Part shown: one piece after another, positions 20,801 to 29,789 of the stretch
Layout of the letters: each line of letters starts with the position of its first letter
Position numbering within the stretch: position 1 is the first letter of the stretch
Source: Haliotis cracherodii
Lineage: Eukaryota
Assembly: GCF_022045235.1 (NCBI RefSeq)
Contig: NW_027266330.1
Location: 4,154,001-4,218,000 of the forward strand
Length of the DNA stretch: 64,000 nt
Direction: 5' to 3'
Translations under genes and position numbers: made by a program
Notes under the pieces: generated by a model
What the model was told of the DNA's origin: nothing
Seen by the model: the letters and a program-made list of their open reading frames with translations, nothing else
The model's database searches: none

Positions 20801-21757
20801 TGTGGGTTTCACCGAAGTGGTAAACGTCTGAGACCTGCATCACTTCGGCCTTTCCTCCCACATTAAGCTGACGATATAACTGGAATACTGTTAAAAACGA
20901 CGTTAAACCCAACTCACTCACTATACACATACTGTCAAAACCTGTTATTCTGAACCCTGTTAATTTGGACACCCGAGTTCTCGGACAGTGCTGGGAAAGC
21001 GGACACGTATACAAGGGGACATGTTCTGAACTTATGTTTCGTTTATCACGACATTTCGTATTTTGAATGATTTCATTTTGAACGCTTCCGTTATTTACAC
21101 TGTCACAATCAATAAAATACATGTTGTCAACAGCCTTTCTGATATGACTGTTTGTTTAGCATTCCTGAAGTTGGTCAGTAACAAGATAAACATGCAACTT
21201 TATGGATAACAACTTCTGAATCATTGTATATACCGACGTTTCGATGTAGATTATTACACCTTCATCAAGCTGGAGTGTCTAGTTGTTGTCCATAAATAAT
21301 TACGTTTTCTTATTTCCTCATTCAACCTGTGAAGATCCGGGTTAGAATTGATCTTCAGCATGTCATGTATGTCGTTAGAGGCAACTAACGGGATCGGGTG
21401 GTCAGGCTCGCTGCCTTAATTGATGAATGTCATCATATCCCAATTGTTTGGATCGAAATGTCAATCACTGGATTGTCTGGTCCAGCTTCGTTTATTTACA
21501 GGCCGCCATCATATAGCTGGAATAGTGCTGAGTACAGCGTTAAACAACAAACCAATATTTCTTCATTCTAATATATATGGTTTTATTAATTTATAAAGTG
21601 TTGACTTGAAGTGAGACTTGGCTATTCTACGACGTCCATGTTTCAGGGGCACAACATGGACGACATCCTCATGGCCTATATCAGCTGGGTGATGAACACA
21701 CAGATGCGGAAGAAGCACGGGTTTGCAGGTTCCCCAGCTGGTGAAAGTACCTGTTAG
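227..21757 (+). CDS. MYO7A: Unconventional myosin VII-like gene, 3' part (MyTH4-FERM-SH3-MyTH4-FERM tail), 23 exons; motor domain lies upstream of the window
   Basis: Manually spliced exons join in frame (3132 nt, ending TAG at 21757). MyTH4 motifs [21 protein letters not shown] and [21 protein letters not shown]; FERM motifs [15 protein letters not shown] and [10 protein letters not shown]; SH3 [10 protein letters not shown]; C-terminal [13 protein letters not shown]. Divergent, so it may be a paralogue rather than the strict orthologue. Confidence 0.93.
734..851 (+). CDS. myosin VII-like exon (MyTH4-1)
   Basis: ttcag|[39 protein letters not shown]|gt. Confidence 0.92.
1152..1325 (-). mobile_element. 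SINE-like family C, partial copy
   Basis: Homology to 16714-16900. Confidence 0.7.
1640..1768 (+). CDS. myosin VII-like exon (MyTH4-1 end)
   Basis: gtag|[26 protein letters not shown]|gtcggt. Confidence 0.9.
1821..2000 (+). mobile_element. SINE family A, 5'-truncated copy
   Basis: Matches 20652-20922; (ACTC)n tail; 12-bp TSD tcaaccggtgta at 1809-1820 and 2001-2012. Confidence 0.85.
2230..2403 (+). CDS. myosin VII-like exon (FERM1 F1)
   Basis: gtcag|[28 protein letters not shown]|gtacgt. Confidence 0.92.
2830..2893. repeat. (GCAC)n microsatellite; similar arrays at 29600-29680, 36343-36406 and 55620-55656
   Basis: Direct reading. Confidence 0.9.
3099..3326 (+). CDS. myosin VII-like exon (FERM1)
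   Basis: atcag|[29 protein letters not shown]|gt. Confidence 0.92.
4010..4189. mobile_element. possible TTAA-flanked mini DNA transposon (Kolobok/piggyBac-like)
   Basis: ttaaaggg..ccctttaa termini; the TIR is short. Confidence 0.35.
4225..4655 (+). CDS. myosin VII-like exon (FERM1 F2/F3)
   Basis: cacag|[28 protein letters not shown]|gtgtgt. Confidence 0.9.
4920..5545. repeat. Degenerate C-rich tandem repeat (ccctcctcacacacccatccccaacc-like)
   Basis: Produces the spurious 241-aa Pro/His/Thr ORF. Confidence 0.8.
5544..6298. repeat. 11-bp satellite caggtatatg(a/t), about 68 copies
   Basis: Direct reading. Confidence 0.92.
6342..6487 (+). CDS. myosin VII-like exon (FERM1 end / SH3 start)
   Basis: ttcag|[32 protein letters not shown]|gtacgt; an alternative in-frame donor exists after 6526. 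Confidence 0.85.
6466..7617 (+). repeat. 39-bp minisatellite containing a myosin donor site, about 16 copies, split by a MITE
   Basis: Unit atagtcatcgacaacaagcaag|g(t/c)acatacctagtttat. Confidence 0.92.
6811..7330. mobile_element. MITE (Tc1/mariner-type, TA TSD) inserted into the 39-bp minisatellite
   Basis: TIR aagtactcacggaaatgaaaaaaa / tttttttcatttccgtgagtactt; TA duplicated at 6809-6810 and 7331-7332, splitting the unit catacc-TA-gtttat. Confidence 0.88.
7620..8760 (+). pseudogene. Decayed Penelope-like element reverse transcriptase
   Basis: Frameshifted remnants [81 protein letters not shown]. Confidence 0.8.
8911..9074 (+). CDS. myosin VII-like exon (SH3)
   Basis: ttgtag|[26 protein letters not shown]|gtaagc. 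Confidence 0.9.
9832..9932 (+). CDS. myosin VII-like exon (linker)
   Basis: ttcag|[19 protein letters not shown]|gtgaga. Confidence 0.88.
10262..10410 (+). mobile_element. SINE family B copy
   Basis: GGGTTCGATTCCCCACATGGGTACAATGTG.. plus (ACTC)n tail. Confidence 0.75.
10458..10630 (+). CDS. myosin VII-like exon (MyTH4-2 start), ends at an AT-AC donor
   Basis: tccag|[26 protein letters not shown]|atatcctt. Confidence 0.88.
10631..12169 (+). other. U12-type (minor spliceosome) AT-AC intron
   Basis: Donor ATATCCTT, branch site CCTTGAC at 12155-12161, terminal AC at 12168-12169. Splicing restores ACRTFT-A-VQQFMGD in frame. Confidence 0.9.
10722..10990 (+). mobile_element. SINE-like family C (non-tRNA structured head, (CAAA)n tail), inside the U12 intron
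   Basis: About 260-bp dispersed repeat with several copies in the window. Confidence 0.8.
12170..12264 (+). CDS. myosin VII-like exon (MyTH4-2)
   Basis: ccac|[19 protein letters not shown]|gtgagt. Confidence 0.87.
12310..12800. repeat. 17-18-bp minisatellite ccttgtgaccatattacc, decaying toward 3'
   Basis: Direct reading. Confidence 0.85.
12990..13051 (+). CDS. myosin VII-like exon (MyTH4-2)
   Basis: ttcag|[20 protein letters not shown]|gtgaga. Confidence 0.92.
13301..13453 (+). CDS. myosin VII-like exon (MyTH4-2)
   Basis: tgcag|[17 protein letters not shown]|gtgagt. Confidence 0.92.
13961..14066 (+). CDS. myosin VII-like exon (MyTH4-2 / FERM2)
   Basis: tgtag|[22 protein letters not shown]|gtaagc. 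Confidence 0.9.
14100..14356 (-). mobile_element. SINE family A, degenerate copy
   Basis: Homology to 59106-59386. Confidence 0.7.
15005..15119 (+). CDS. myosin VII-like exon (FERM2 F1)
   Basis: ttaag|[27 protein letters not shown]|gtcagt. Confidence 0.9.
15416..15508 (+). CDS. myosin VII-like exon (FERM2)
   Basis: ttcag|[21 protein letters not shown]|gtaagt. Confidence 0.87.
15836..15939 (+). CDS. myosin VII-like exon (FERM2)
   Basis: tccag|[34 protein letters not shown]|gtatgt. Confidence 0.88.
15917..16141 (+). repeat. 25-bp minisatellite containing a myosin donor site, 9 copies
   Basis: Unit gtgtccttccacttcccgcag|gtat. Confidence 0.93.
16147..16306 (+). mobile_element. SINE family B (tRNA-Asp-like head, about 160 bp)
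   Basis: GTAGCCTAGTGGTTAAAGC..GTCACGCCGAAGAC..GGTTTGATTCC; same 3' tail as family A; other copies at 10262-10410(+), 37527-37650(+) and 31234-31347(-). Confidence 0.75.
16485..16606 (+). CDS. myosin VII-like exon (FERM2 F2)
   Basis: tgcag|[23 protein letters not shown]|gt. Confidence 0.9.
16714..16976 (-). mobile_element. SINE-like family C copy
   Basis: Reverse complement of 59859-60125. Confidence 0.8.
17090..17156 (+). CDS. myosin VII-like exon (FERM2 F2)
   Basis: ttcag|[22 protein letters not shown]|gtaggc. Confidence 0.88.
17143..18046 (+). repeat. 35/36-bp minisatellite containing a myosin donor site, about 25 copies
   Basis: Unit aatactggtccaag|gtaggctagacagtttacaac. Confidence 0.93.
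18337..18453 (+). CDS. myosin VII-like exon (FERM2)
   Basis: ggcag|[29 protein letters not shown]|gtaagt. Confidence 0.92.
18822..18905 (+). CDS. myosin VII-like exon (FERM2 F3)
   Basis: tccag|[28 protein letters not shown]|gtgagt. Confidence 0.92.
19915..20129 (-). mobile_element. Hammerhead-bearing Penelope-type insertion nested in a family D SINE
   Basis: CTGATGAaGGAGTA-agcata-TACTCC-AAACgtt; imperfect 12-bp TSD aacaaatgtcat/aaccaatgccat. Confidence 0.55.
20377..20496 (+). CDS. myosin VII-like exon (FERM2 F3)
   Basis: tgcag|[21 protein letters not shown]|gtaact. Confidence 0.92.
20652..20922 (+). mobile_element. SINE family A, full length (tRNA-Leu-like head, V-domain-like body)
   Basis: A box TGGCCAAGTCGTCTAAGGCG, B box GGTTCGAATACC, body GTGGGTTT..TTTCCTCCCACA, (ACTC)n tail. 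Confidence 0.8.
21185..21272 (-). mobile_element. Hammerhead-bearing Penelope-type unit
   Basis: TTGATGAaGGTGTA-ataatc-TACATC-GAAAC-gtcg-GTA followed by agaagttgttatccataaa, as at 28.4 kb. Confidence 0.55.
21325..21553 (+). mobile_element. SINE-like family C copy (single hairpin module)
   Basis: Homology to 59859-60125. Confidence 0.8.
21647..21757 (+). CDS. myosin VII-like terminal coding exon
   Basis: ttcag|[21 protein letters not shown]. Confidence 0.92.
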   Translation, partial: GHNMDDILMAYISWVMNTQMRKKHGFAGSPAGESTC

Positions 21758-22654
21758 TGTCGCACACAGCTTCATCAGGCGTACAGCTGCACGAGAAACA
21801 CAGCTGCGAGGCGAACAATCCTGATCTGACCAGCCCTACAAACTGACGTGGAAAGTGCTGCCGCACACACAAGGGTGTGTGCCTGACTTATTTATATAAT
21901 CAATGGCTTACGAGGACATTCGAATCGCACGCCTACCACGCCATCAGGATACCCAACCATGGGGATGTGCTGGCTAGATAGGTCAAGAAATGTGTCACGT
22001 GGACCAATACTTACATCAACCGATTCAAAGTATTGTTGCGTTGCCTGGCGAATACTCATTTAACTACAGGCTCCCAGCTGAAGGTTTCATATATCAACGC
22101 TTCATCACAAGTGGTAGTCCTCAGCACTGCATGCATGCCTGTCTCGGCCGACATGTGACCACCCAGTATATAACTATTACTGTCATCATAGACATGCGCA
22201 GTAGACGCCATCATGTCGGACTATACATACGTTCATTCCTAATATGCTCTTAGCGTTGTGTAACCATTGACATCAGTTCTTTCTCTTTGATAATACTTCC
22301 ATTTAAAGTTAACAAACGTATACGTCGTCGCCTGTATGTTACTAGTATGATGTTTATATACATGTATATATTTTCATGATGATTACGAGTGAATCTGCAG
22401 TTGACATCGAGTAATACGAAGTCGGTAATAACGAACAATCGGTTATACCAAATCCAGTGTTTAGTCTTTAATTGTTGTTATCAAGTTACATGTATTTTCA
22501 TATAAAATGTAACTTCGGCTATGCCGAACTAAACATGACGATCATTTTGAGTTCGTCTTATCCGGTCTTTACCATGTCTATGTATCTGGCCAGTGTGCTA
22601 CGTATTCTAATCTACTATGTGCTACTATTTAAATATTGGGCACGGCAACAGGTT

Positions 22655-22985
22655 GCAATGCTATATATATGAAATATATCATTACAGTACACTTGTAGTG
22701 CTGTATATATGAAATATCTCATAACAGTACACTTGTAGTGCTGTATATATGAAATATCTCATAACAGTACACTTGTAGTGCTGTATATATGAAATATCTC
22801 ATAACAGTACACTTGTAGTGCTGTATATATGAAATATATCATAACAGTACACTTGTAGTGCTATATATATGAAATATCTCATTACAGTACACTTGTAGTG
22901 CTGTATATATGAAATATCTCATAACAGTACACTTGTAGTGCTGTATATATGAAATATCTCGTAACAGTACACTTGTAGTGCTATG
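22655..22985. repeat. 40-bp minisatellite, about 8 copies
   Basis: gtatatatgaaatatctcataacagtacacttgtagtgct. Confidence 0.92.
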
Positions 22986-23249
22986 TCCAATACGCTTTGT
23001 TGTGACGAGTACGCGGGCCGTGATCGATGTTCAATACTGTCATACCATCATACCATCATACCATCATACTGTCTACCCACTGTACATCACATAACATCGC
23101 TGATATCTCTTCACTTCACCCAACTTAATAGAATGTAATATTTGACTGCGGACAACGTTTCTCACTGACATGGAACCTAAGGTCGGAAACGGCATATATC
23201 TATCATCGACGTGTATGTCATCGTGGGTTGAGCTACATCCTCGATACAG

Positions 23250-23705
23250 CAATACCTAGGATAATATAGGTACGACCTATGATATAGTTAGCACCTAGGA
23301 TATATGACCTAGGATATAACAAGGACCTAAGGTATAGCAAGGACCTTGGATATGACTAGGACCTATCATGAAGTTTGGACCTTGTATATAGCGTATATGT
23401 ATATGTTATAACCAGGACTTGGGATATAACTAGGACCTAGGATATAGCTAGGATCTTGGATATAACGAGGACCTTGGATATAACTAGGACCTTGAACATA
23501 ACTAGGACCGAGGATATAATTAGGACCTTGGATATAAATAGGACCTTGGATAGAACAAGGACCTGGGATATAACTAGGACCTGGGATAGAACTTGGACCT
23601 TGGATATAACTAGGACCTGGGATAGAACTAGAACCTTGGATATAGCTAGGACCTAGGATATAACTAGGACCTGTGATATAACTAGGACCTGGCATATAAT
23701 TAGGC
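23250..23705. repeat. 18-bp minisatellite ggatataactaggacct(t/a/g)
   Basis: Produces the spurious GPSYI ORF. Confidence 0.88.
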
Positions 23706-24664
23706 CAGCAGCCTTCATCCCCACACAAGGAGTACCCGCTTGTCATGCTTTGTGCGAATAGAATCGCCTTCTGCATCTTCAGCACCGAGGACTGTCAGAC
23801 CTGTCAGCTGACCTTGTATTCAATCGTCTATCACGTTCCATGTCAGTGATTCCATATCACTATGTATTTGATATTTGTCTTGCAATTGCGTGATCCAGAG
23901 TACAGGGCTGAGACACCTTGTTCTCCGTCATCAATATCAACATGACGATAGTATTTATTCCCCACTGTATTGTGGAATATTATTGTATACACTCAAGTCA
24001 CGTGCACAATGGTGACGTTCAGTAGTATGTATACTAACATTATAGTTACGTGTGTAGTGTATAGTTATGACGCCGTGCGAGAATTGCAGACGAGCGGCAC
24101 GGGGTATACCTTTTACTTTACTTTACGCAGAGATGTAGAATATTAATTCTGCGATTTCATGGTGTAAGAAGTACAAGATTGGATTGAAAAACAGACACTG
24201 TTAGGGATTGTCCAACATTTTGTTGCACATTTGGCCACTTATTTGACAGTTGTAACCTGTAAACTGTGTAACCTTGTAAACCTATAGGAAATACTGTCCA
24301 ATATCTGAACGACGTAATTATATATCACACGGATTTGTAAGCTTATGTGTAACGCGGCATGTTCAAAACGAAACCTATCTTGTTACAAATGACGGGTCAA
24401 AAGCTCCGCTATGCGTCAATATTGGTCATTATAACTCAGTTGGCTATGGATCGCGACATTATATATTCGAATTGTTTTGCTCACGAGTAACCAAACAGTT
24501 TCAACACATTTATCGATGAAAATAATTCACTTTTATGTATCCTGCCAAATCATAAGATATGACGACATCTTACAACATATGGCCCTATCTAAAACTGCAA
24601 TTAGTCCTCAGATACTCGATACTCGCATTCACCTGACTGTGTTAGTGCTTGTATTATATTTGTG

Positions 24665-25353
24665 TACAGATGTACGCCGTAGGTCCCTGGGACTATCGCC
24701 TGCATTGTCCAGCTGTCCAGTTAGACATTATAACGCTGTGTGTAGATGTAAGCCGTAGGTCCCTGGGACCATCGACTGCATTGTCCAGCTGTCCAGTTAG
24801 ACATTATAACGCTGTGTGTAGATGTAAGCCGTATGTCCCTGGGACTATCGCCTGCAGTGTCCAGCTGTCCAGTTAGACATTATAACGCTGTGTGTAGATG
24901 TAAGCCGTATGTCCCTGGGACCATCGACTGCAGTGTCCAGCTGTCCAGTTAGACATTATAACGCTGTGTGTAGATGTAAGCCGTAGGTCCCTGGGACTAT
25001 CGACTGCAGTGTCCAGCTGTCCAGTTAGACATTATAACGCTGTGTGTAGGTGTAAGCCGTAGGTCCCTGGGACTATCGACTGCAGTGTCCAGCTGTCCAG
25101 TTATACATTATAACACTGTGTGTAGATGTAAGCCGTATGTCCCTGGGACTATCGACTGCAGTGTCCAGCTGTCCAGTTACACATTATAACGCTGTGTGTA
25201 GATGTAAGCCGTAGGTCCCTGGGACTATCGACTACAGTGTCCAGCTGTACAGTTATACATTATAACGCTGTGTGTAGATGTAAGCCGTAGGTCCCTGGGA
25301 CTATCGACTGCAGTGTCCAGCTGTCCAGTTATACATTATAACGCTGTGTGTAG
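24665..25353. repeat. 76-bp minisatellite, about 9 copies
   Basis: gtagatgtaagccgtaggtccctgggactatcgactgcagtgtccagctgtccagttagacattataacgctgtgt. Confidence 0.92.
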
Positions 25354-25963
25354 AGAATGCAGATCATAATACCCTGAGGCCACTAACATTCTTTGTATAG
25401 GGTAAATCAAGCTAGCTAAATTTCGTTTAATTCATTTGAAGTAGACATTAATATAATAAGTTTAACAGTGATTTATAGACGTACAATATCTTAAGCAAGT
25501 ACATTTGGCGGAAGTCTTCAAACAAATTACAGATTAGCAAAGAAATGATATTCCGTCTCTTACAAACCTTGCATAGTCTCTGTTCTCTTGGTACGTGTAC
25601 CTATTATCTGTCTCAATACATAACTCGTGTGAACTGTAGAGAAACTGTGCAATAGCATACCTGGATTCACTGAGTGTTATTTAATGTGTAGAAGGTTTCA
25701 CAGAGCATTGATTCTCGAACACTGAAAATTAAAGCGTTTTGGTACTGACACAATTATTCATATCGATACAGAAGCCATCCTCCTTTAGTCATACGATATG
25801 ATGAAATAGTACTTCAGAAACAAAGTAGTAGAGAAGTAGATGGCCGTATCTGAAACTATCATTAGTCGTTAGACCCCCGCATTCACCTGATTGTGTAACT
25901 TGACACACGCTGTCCAGTTGGTGATTGAGTGCACGTCTTATCAGGTGGAAGAAATGACTGATA

Positions 25964-26096
25964 ATTCCATACCTTTTTGTTAAACGTCAAGGTTTATTTG
26001 ATTTCTTTAGCGACGTCGGAGATGTTGATTATTTTATGTCTAACCTGAGTGTCGGTCTCGGCATGAATAATCTCGATTTATAAAAAGGTATGGAGT
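25964..26096. mobile_element. mini-MITE, about 130 bp
   Basis: Inverted termini tccataccttttt / aaaaaggtatgga. Confidence 0.5.
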
Positions 26097-26229
26097 ATTG
26101 GATGTAATATAATAGTATGCATGGTATAAGGTTCATGAATAAATTTACCCATTTAGTTTCTTTGAATTTCTTTATGAATACCGCAAACACATAACACATA
26201 GAATTCCAGTTTCAGTGTAGGAATGGCCC

Positions 26230-26700
26230 CTGTTTGGGATAATCGATAGCTGGTTTCTGGTCTTCTCCCTCGCATGGGCGTGGTCTAGGTTTCGCAACTT
26301 CTTCTTGGGTGGCGTCAAACTGACTGGATTGTGATCGCTGTACTATCCTGCTCAACTTGCAGTATCTCAATGAATATGTGCATGCCACCCCTCGAGATGA
26401 TTTGGTGGCGTCGACCCACTGCTCAGGGATATATTTTGTGCTTCATGACAAAGTCTTTTGAGTAAATGATGGTCGGCTACCCTCCAATGAATGGACGTTC
26501 GACGTCCGGTCTTAATCATGAACTTGTATTCGGAACAAAAAACATGTGTTTAAGAATAGAGAATAAACTGTACACCAACCTGCGCATCTGCAAAGTCGGT
26601 ATGTTGACTTTACTTTACCTTTGGTGTCTTCCATGCAGACACTTGTACTTACATCAGGTTTGTAGAATGTTCCACTTACAAAGTAACATTTTGCAATGAA
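26230..26700 (-). pseudogene. Possible decayed MULE (Mutator-like) transposase fragment
   Basis: Minus-strand frameshifted RR(T)N-HLEGWH followed by FIEILQVEQ. Confidence 0.4.
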
Positions 26701-28311
26701 TATAGATGAGTTCTGACATACAGCATCTTACTGCCACTAAACAATTTCAGATTAGCTTCCACGTATCAAATTCCAAGGTTCTACCGGTGTATCTACAGAA
26801 CATGTAGAAGTTGCAATCATTTCCCAGGAACCGGATGAATATATTATGTGGATTTCGCTCAAGGCTGAAGGCTGTAGTACATATTAGACATGGCGGCGTT
26901 ATTGCACAGATGTTGTAATCATTGTTCTGTCTATCACGGATCAGCCGGGAAATGCATATTCGACAGGGTGCAAAGAACGTTGGTGCAAGAATTGAATAAT
27001 GGACGTGTAATATCCATGTTTTATATTATGGCATAATCGTTTACTTGATGCATTAATTCATTCATCAACTTCATCGTTAACTATAATGATCACGGGGAAG
27101 GACGACGTCGTTTAACGTCCTTCATTCATTGATGCACAACTTGAAAAGAAGAATGAATGACGTCAGGGAATGACGTTGCGTTACAGTCGGGTCGTTTCTT
27201 GAAGTCTTCCTCCTGGTGTTTCACAACCAAATACACATGGTAATTGATGACTGGTTGGTGACCCAGATATTTACTGAAATGTACCTTTCCGTCGATTTAT
27301 GTTTTAACGAACATGTAACTTCACATGTAACAATGTAACTCATGATCACTTTATTCTGATAATTGCATGTAACAAGGATTTCTACAACAGGTCATATTGG
27401 TTTTAACATTATTATGCAACATTTTAATACAATGTATGTGAACAATATTTTTGTCATGAAACATTATGAAACAAGGTTGTTGTTTGTTGTTTATTATGCT
27501 TATTATAACAACTGTATAACAACATGATCCTACACGCACTGATTAAATAACCAGACAGTTGGCCTGTGATGGTATTTCCACATTCACCGAAGGGACTGGT
27601 CCCTGCCTAATGAAGGAAACCTTTGAATACACCTTGAACCTCAGGAACCAACAATGTAAATTATTGATGCGGGGGCTGATACGGAATAGGTTTATATCGG
27701 CGCTTTAAGACATCTATGCCATATTTCTTGAATCAATTATTCTTTAAAACAAATTCCATCCCGAATATCCAACAGTCGGTCTTTGAACGCAAGTGTTTCC
27801 CTTCTGAATATTGTAATATACACGAATTTAGATTATGTATACTCTGGTATACAGTTTATTCTGTGTCGCCATGAATGTGAATGTGTCTGTACCCATGTTC
27901 GATCAGGGGTTAGATCATACGTCGCAATTAGCGTATGGAAAAATGGGAAATTGAAAAAAAGATTAGGAAATCTTTAACTACCAGGATGACCTACATTACT
28001 AATGCTCTTCCTCGAGACAAAACAAGCGTTCTTTAACTACGTAACTACTTGAAAGGGTTGCCAGGTTACCCCATCGCGTTGCCCCGCTACATAGTAACAG
28101 CCACCTACCCATACCAAGTCTGGAAGCTGTCTACAATGGCCCTAGTATAGTGCTACACACCTGTCTGGCAACAGGAAGTATTCCGAGATTCACCAAGCAG
28201 ACACCTATGTCATAATAACATCAGCTAACCATCTCAGGATTAAATTTCAATATTCGGTTGATAAATAGCATAAATGGTCCTTGAGGATTGAGAGACTACA
28301 TATGAGATGAA

Positions 28312-28656
28312 GTCTTTGATGGTCATTTAGAAGTTGGGAGAACATGAATACATGCAACTTTTTATGGATAGCAACTTCTTATATTCTTTGTATGACGTTT
28401 CAGAGCTACTTCTTACTCCTTCATCAGGTGAATGCATATTTTGGATGAAGGAGCAAGAGGTAGCCCTGAAACGTCGTACAAAACACATAAGAAGTTACTA
28501 TCCATAAAAAGGTGTCATGTATTCATGTTCTCACAACTTCTAAATGCCCATCAAACACTGCATTCACCTGATGAAGGAGCAAGGGGTAGCTCTGAAACGT
28601 CGTACAAAGAACAAATGAAGTAACTGTAGCTATCCATACAAAAGTGTCATGTATAC
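28312..28656. mobile_element. Penelope-type pseudo-LTR cluster (one inverted plus two tandem ~110-bp units) with hammerhead-like cores
   Basis: Unit tgcattcacCTGATGAaggagc..gctctGAAACgtcGTA..aagaagttgctatccataaaa on - at 28312-28436 and on + at 28440-28556 and 28557-28656. Confidence 0.65.
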
Positions 28657-29616
28657 ATAAGAGATTGATATTCTAGAAATGCAATATCTGCATTAGCAGT
28701 GATTTCAGCCACACCACACAGGAGAGGATGTTACTATTTACTGGTGTTCACAGTGTATAATCAACAAGCTATCACAGATCAATCTTTGATGTGCCATCAT
28801 ATGGCGTGTTGGACACAGGCTGAGTACCAAGGGTATATGAGGACACTGCTACTGCTGATGACAGCATGTCAGGACGTATGTCGATCGGATGGACAATATG
28901 GCGGACGGACACGACGCAGTATAGGCTGCTACACTACATCATAATACACGCATCTGTTCCCATCAAGGCGAATGGTAAACGGGTAGTGGTCATGGCCTAT
29001 GGCCCTTACAGCACCTAGGAAAAGCATACATGTTCCGTTTGATCGCTTATTGTCACTCTCAATGAGGAAATAGTACATCGGTTGGCTATATACTGACACA
29101 GAACGAACACATTGGCTATAAAATGAACTTCTAGCGTAAATAGACTCATACTATCTACAGTATTCAGCCACGTGATATTTATATCATGTGAATATATTGA
29201 GAGACAATGACGCAAATAGCTTTATCAATATGATTGCCATGGAAGCCAGATTGTACTAAGAATGGAGACGATTTTCAAACCAATGGATACTCGTCAATAT
29301 TCAGTGGACGATATCTTCATACAGATCCAGGGTATCTATTATGTCGGGCTGATTATCACAGGTACACACATAGAAGACTTATTGCCTACGGGAGGCTTTC
29401 TCAATACGATGAATATGCAGAACCAACTATGTAATATAACTATTTAAAATAATTCGATTTTTGTCAAAAATGAGGGGGACACGTGCACATCCATAATGCA
29501 AGCCCCCTCCCTTACATATCTATAAATCAAAAATGTACATTTGCGACACATTATTGGCCCCGTAATCATCTTCTGTACCACACAGAACATCACACAAACA
29601 TGCACACACACACACA

Positions 29617-29676
<60 letters not shown>

Positions 29677-29789
29677 CACACCTCACTACTAGTAGCTTAA
29701 CAGATACATGTGATCATACAGTTACACAGAGGGACAACCGACAGGACTCACAATGTACCAATGAAGCACTACACCTGCATTACGGAAAG

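Noticed and set aside
23366-23785. GPSYI-repeat ORF resembling a structural or adhesive protein
   Set aside because: Part of an 18-bp minisatellite that continues beyond the ORF with stops; no gene context.
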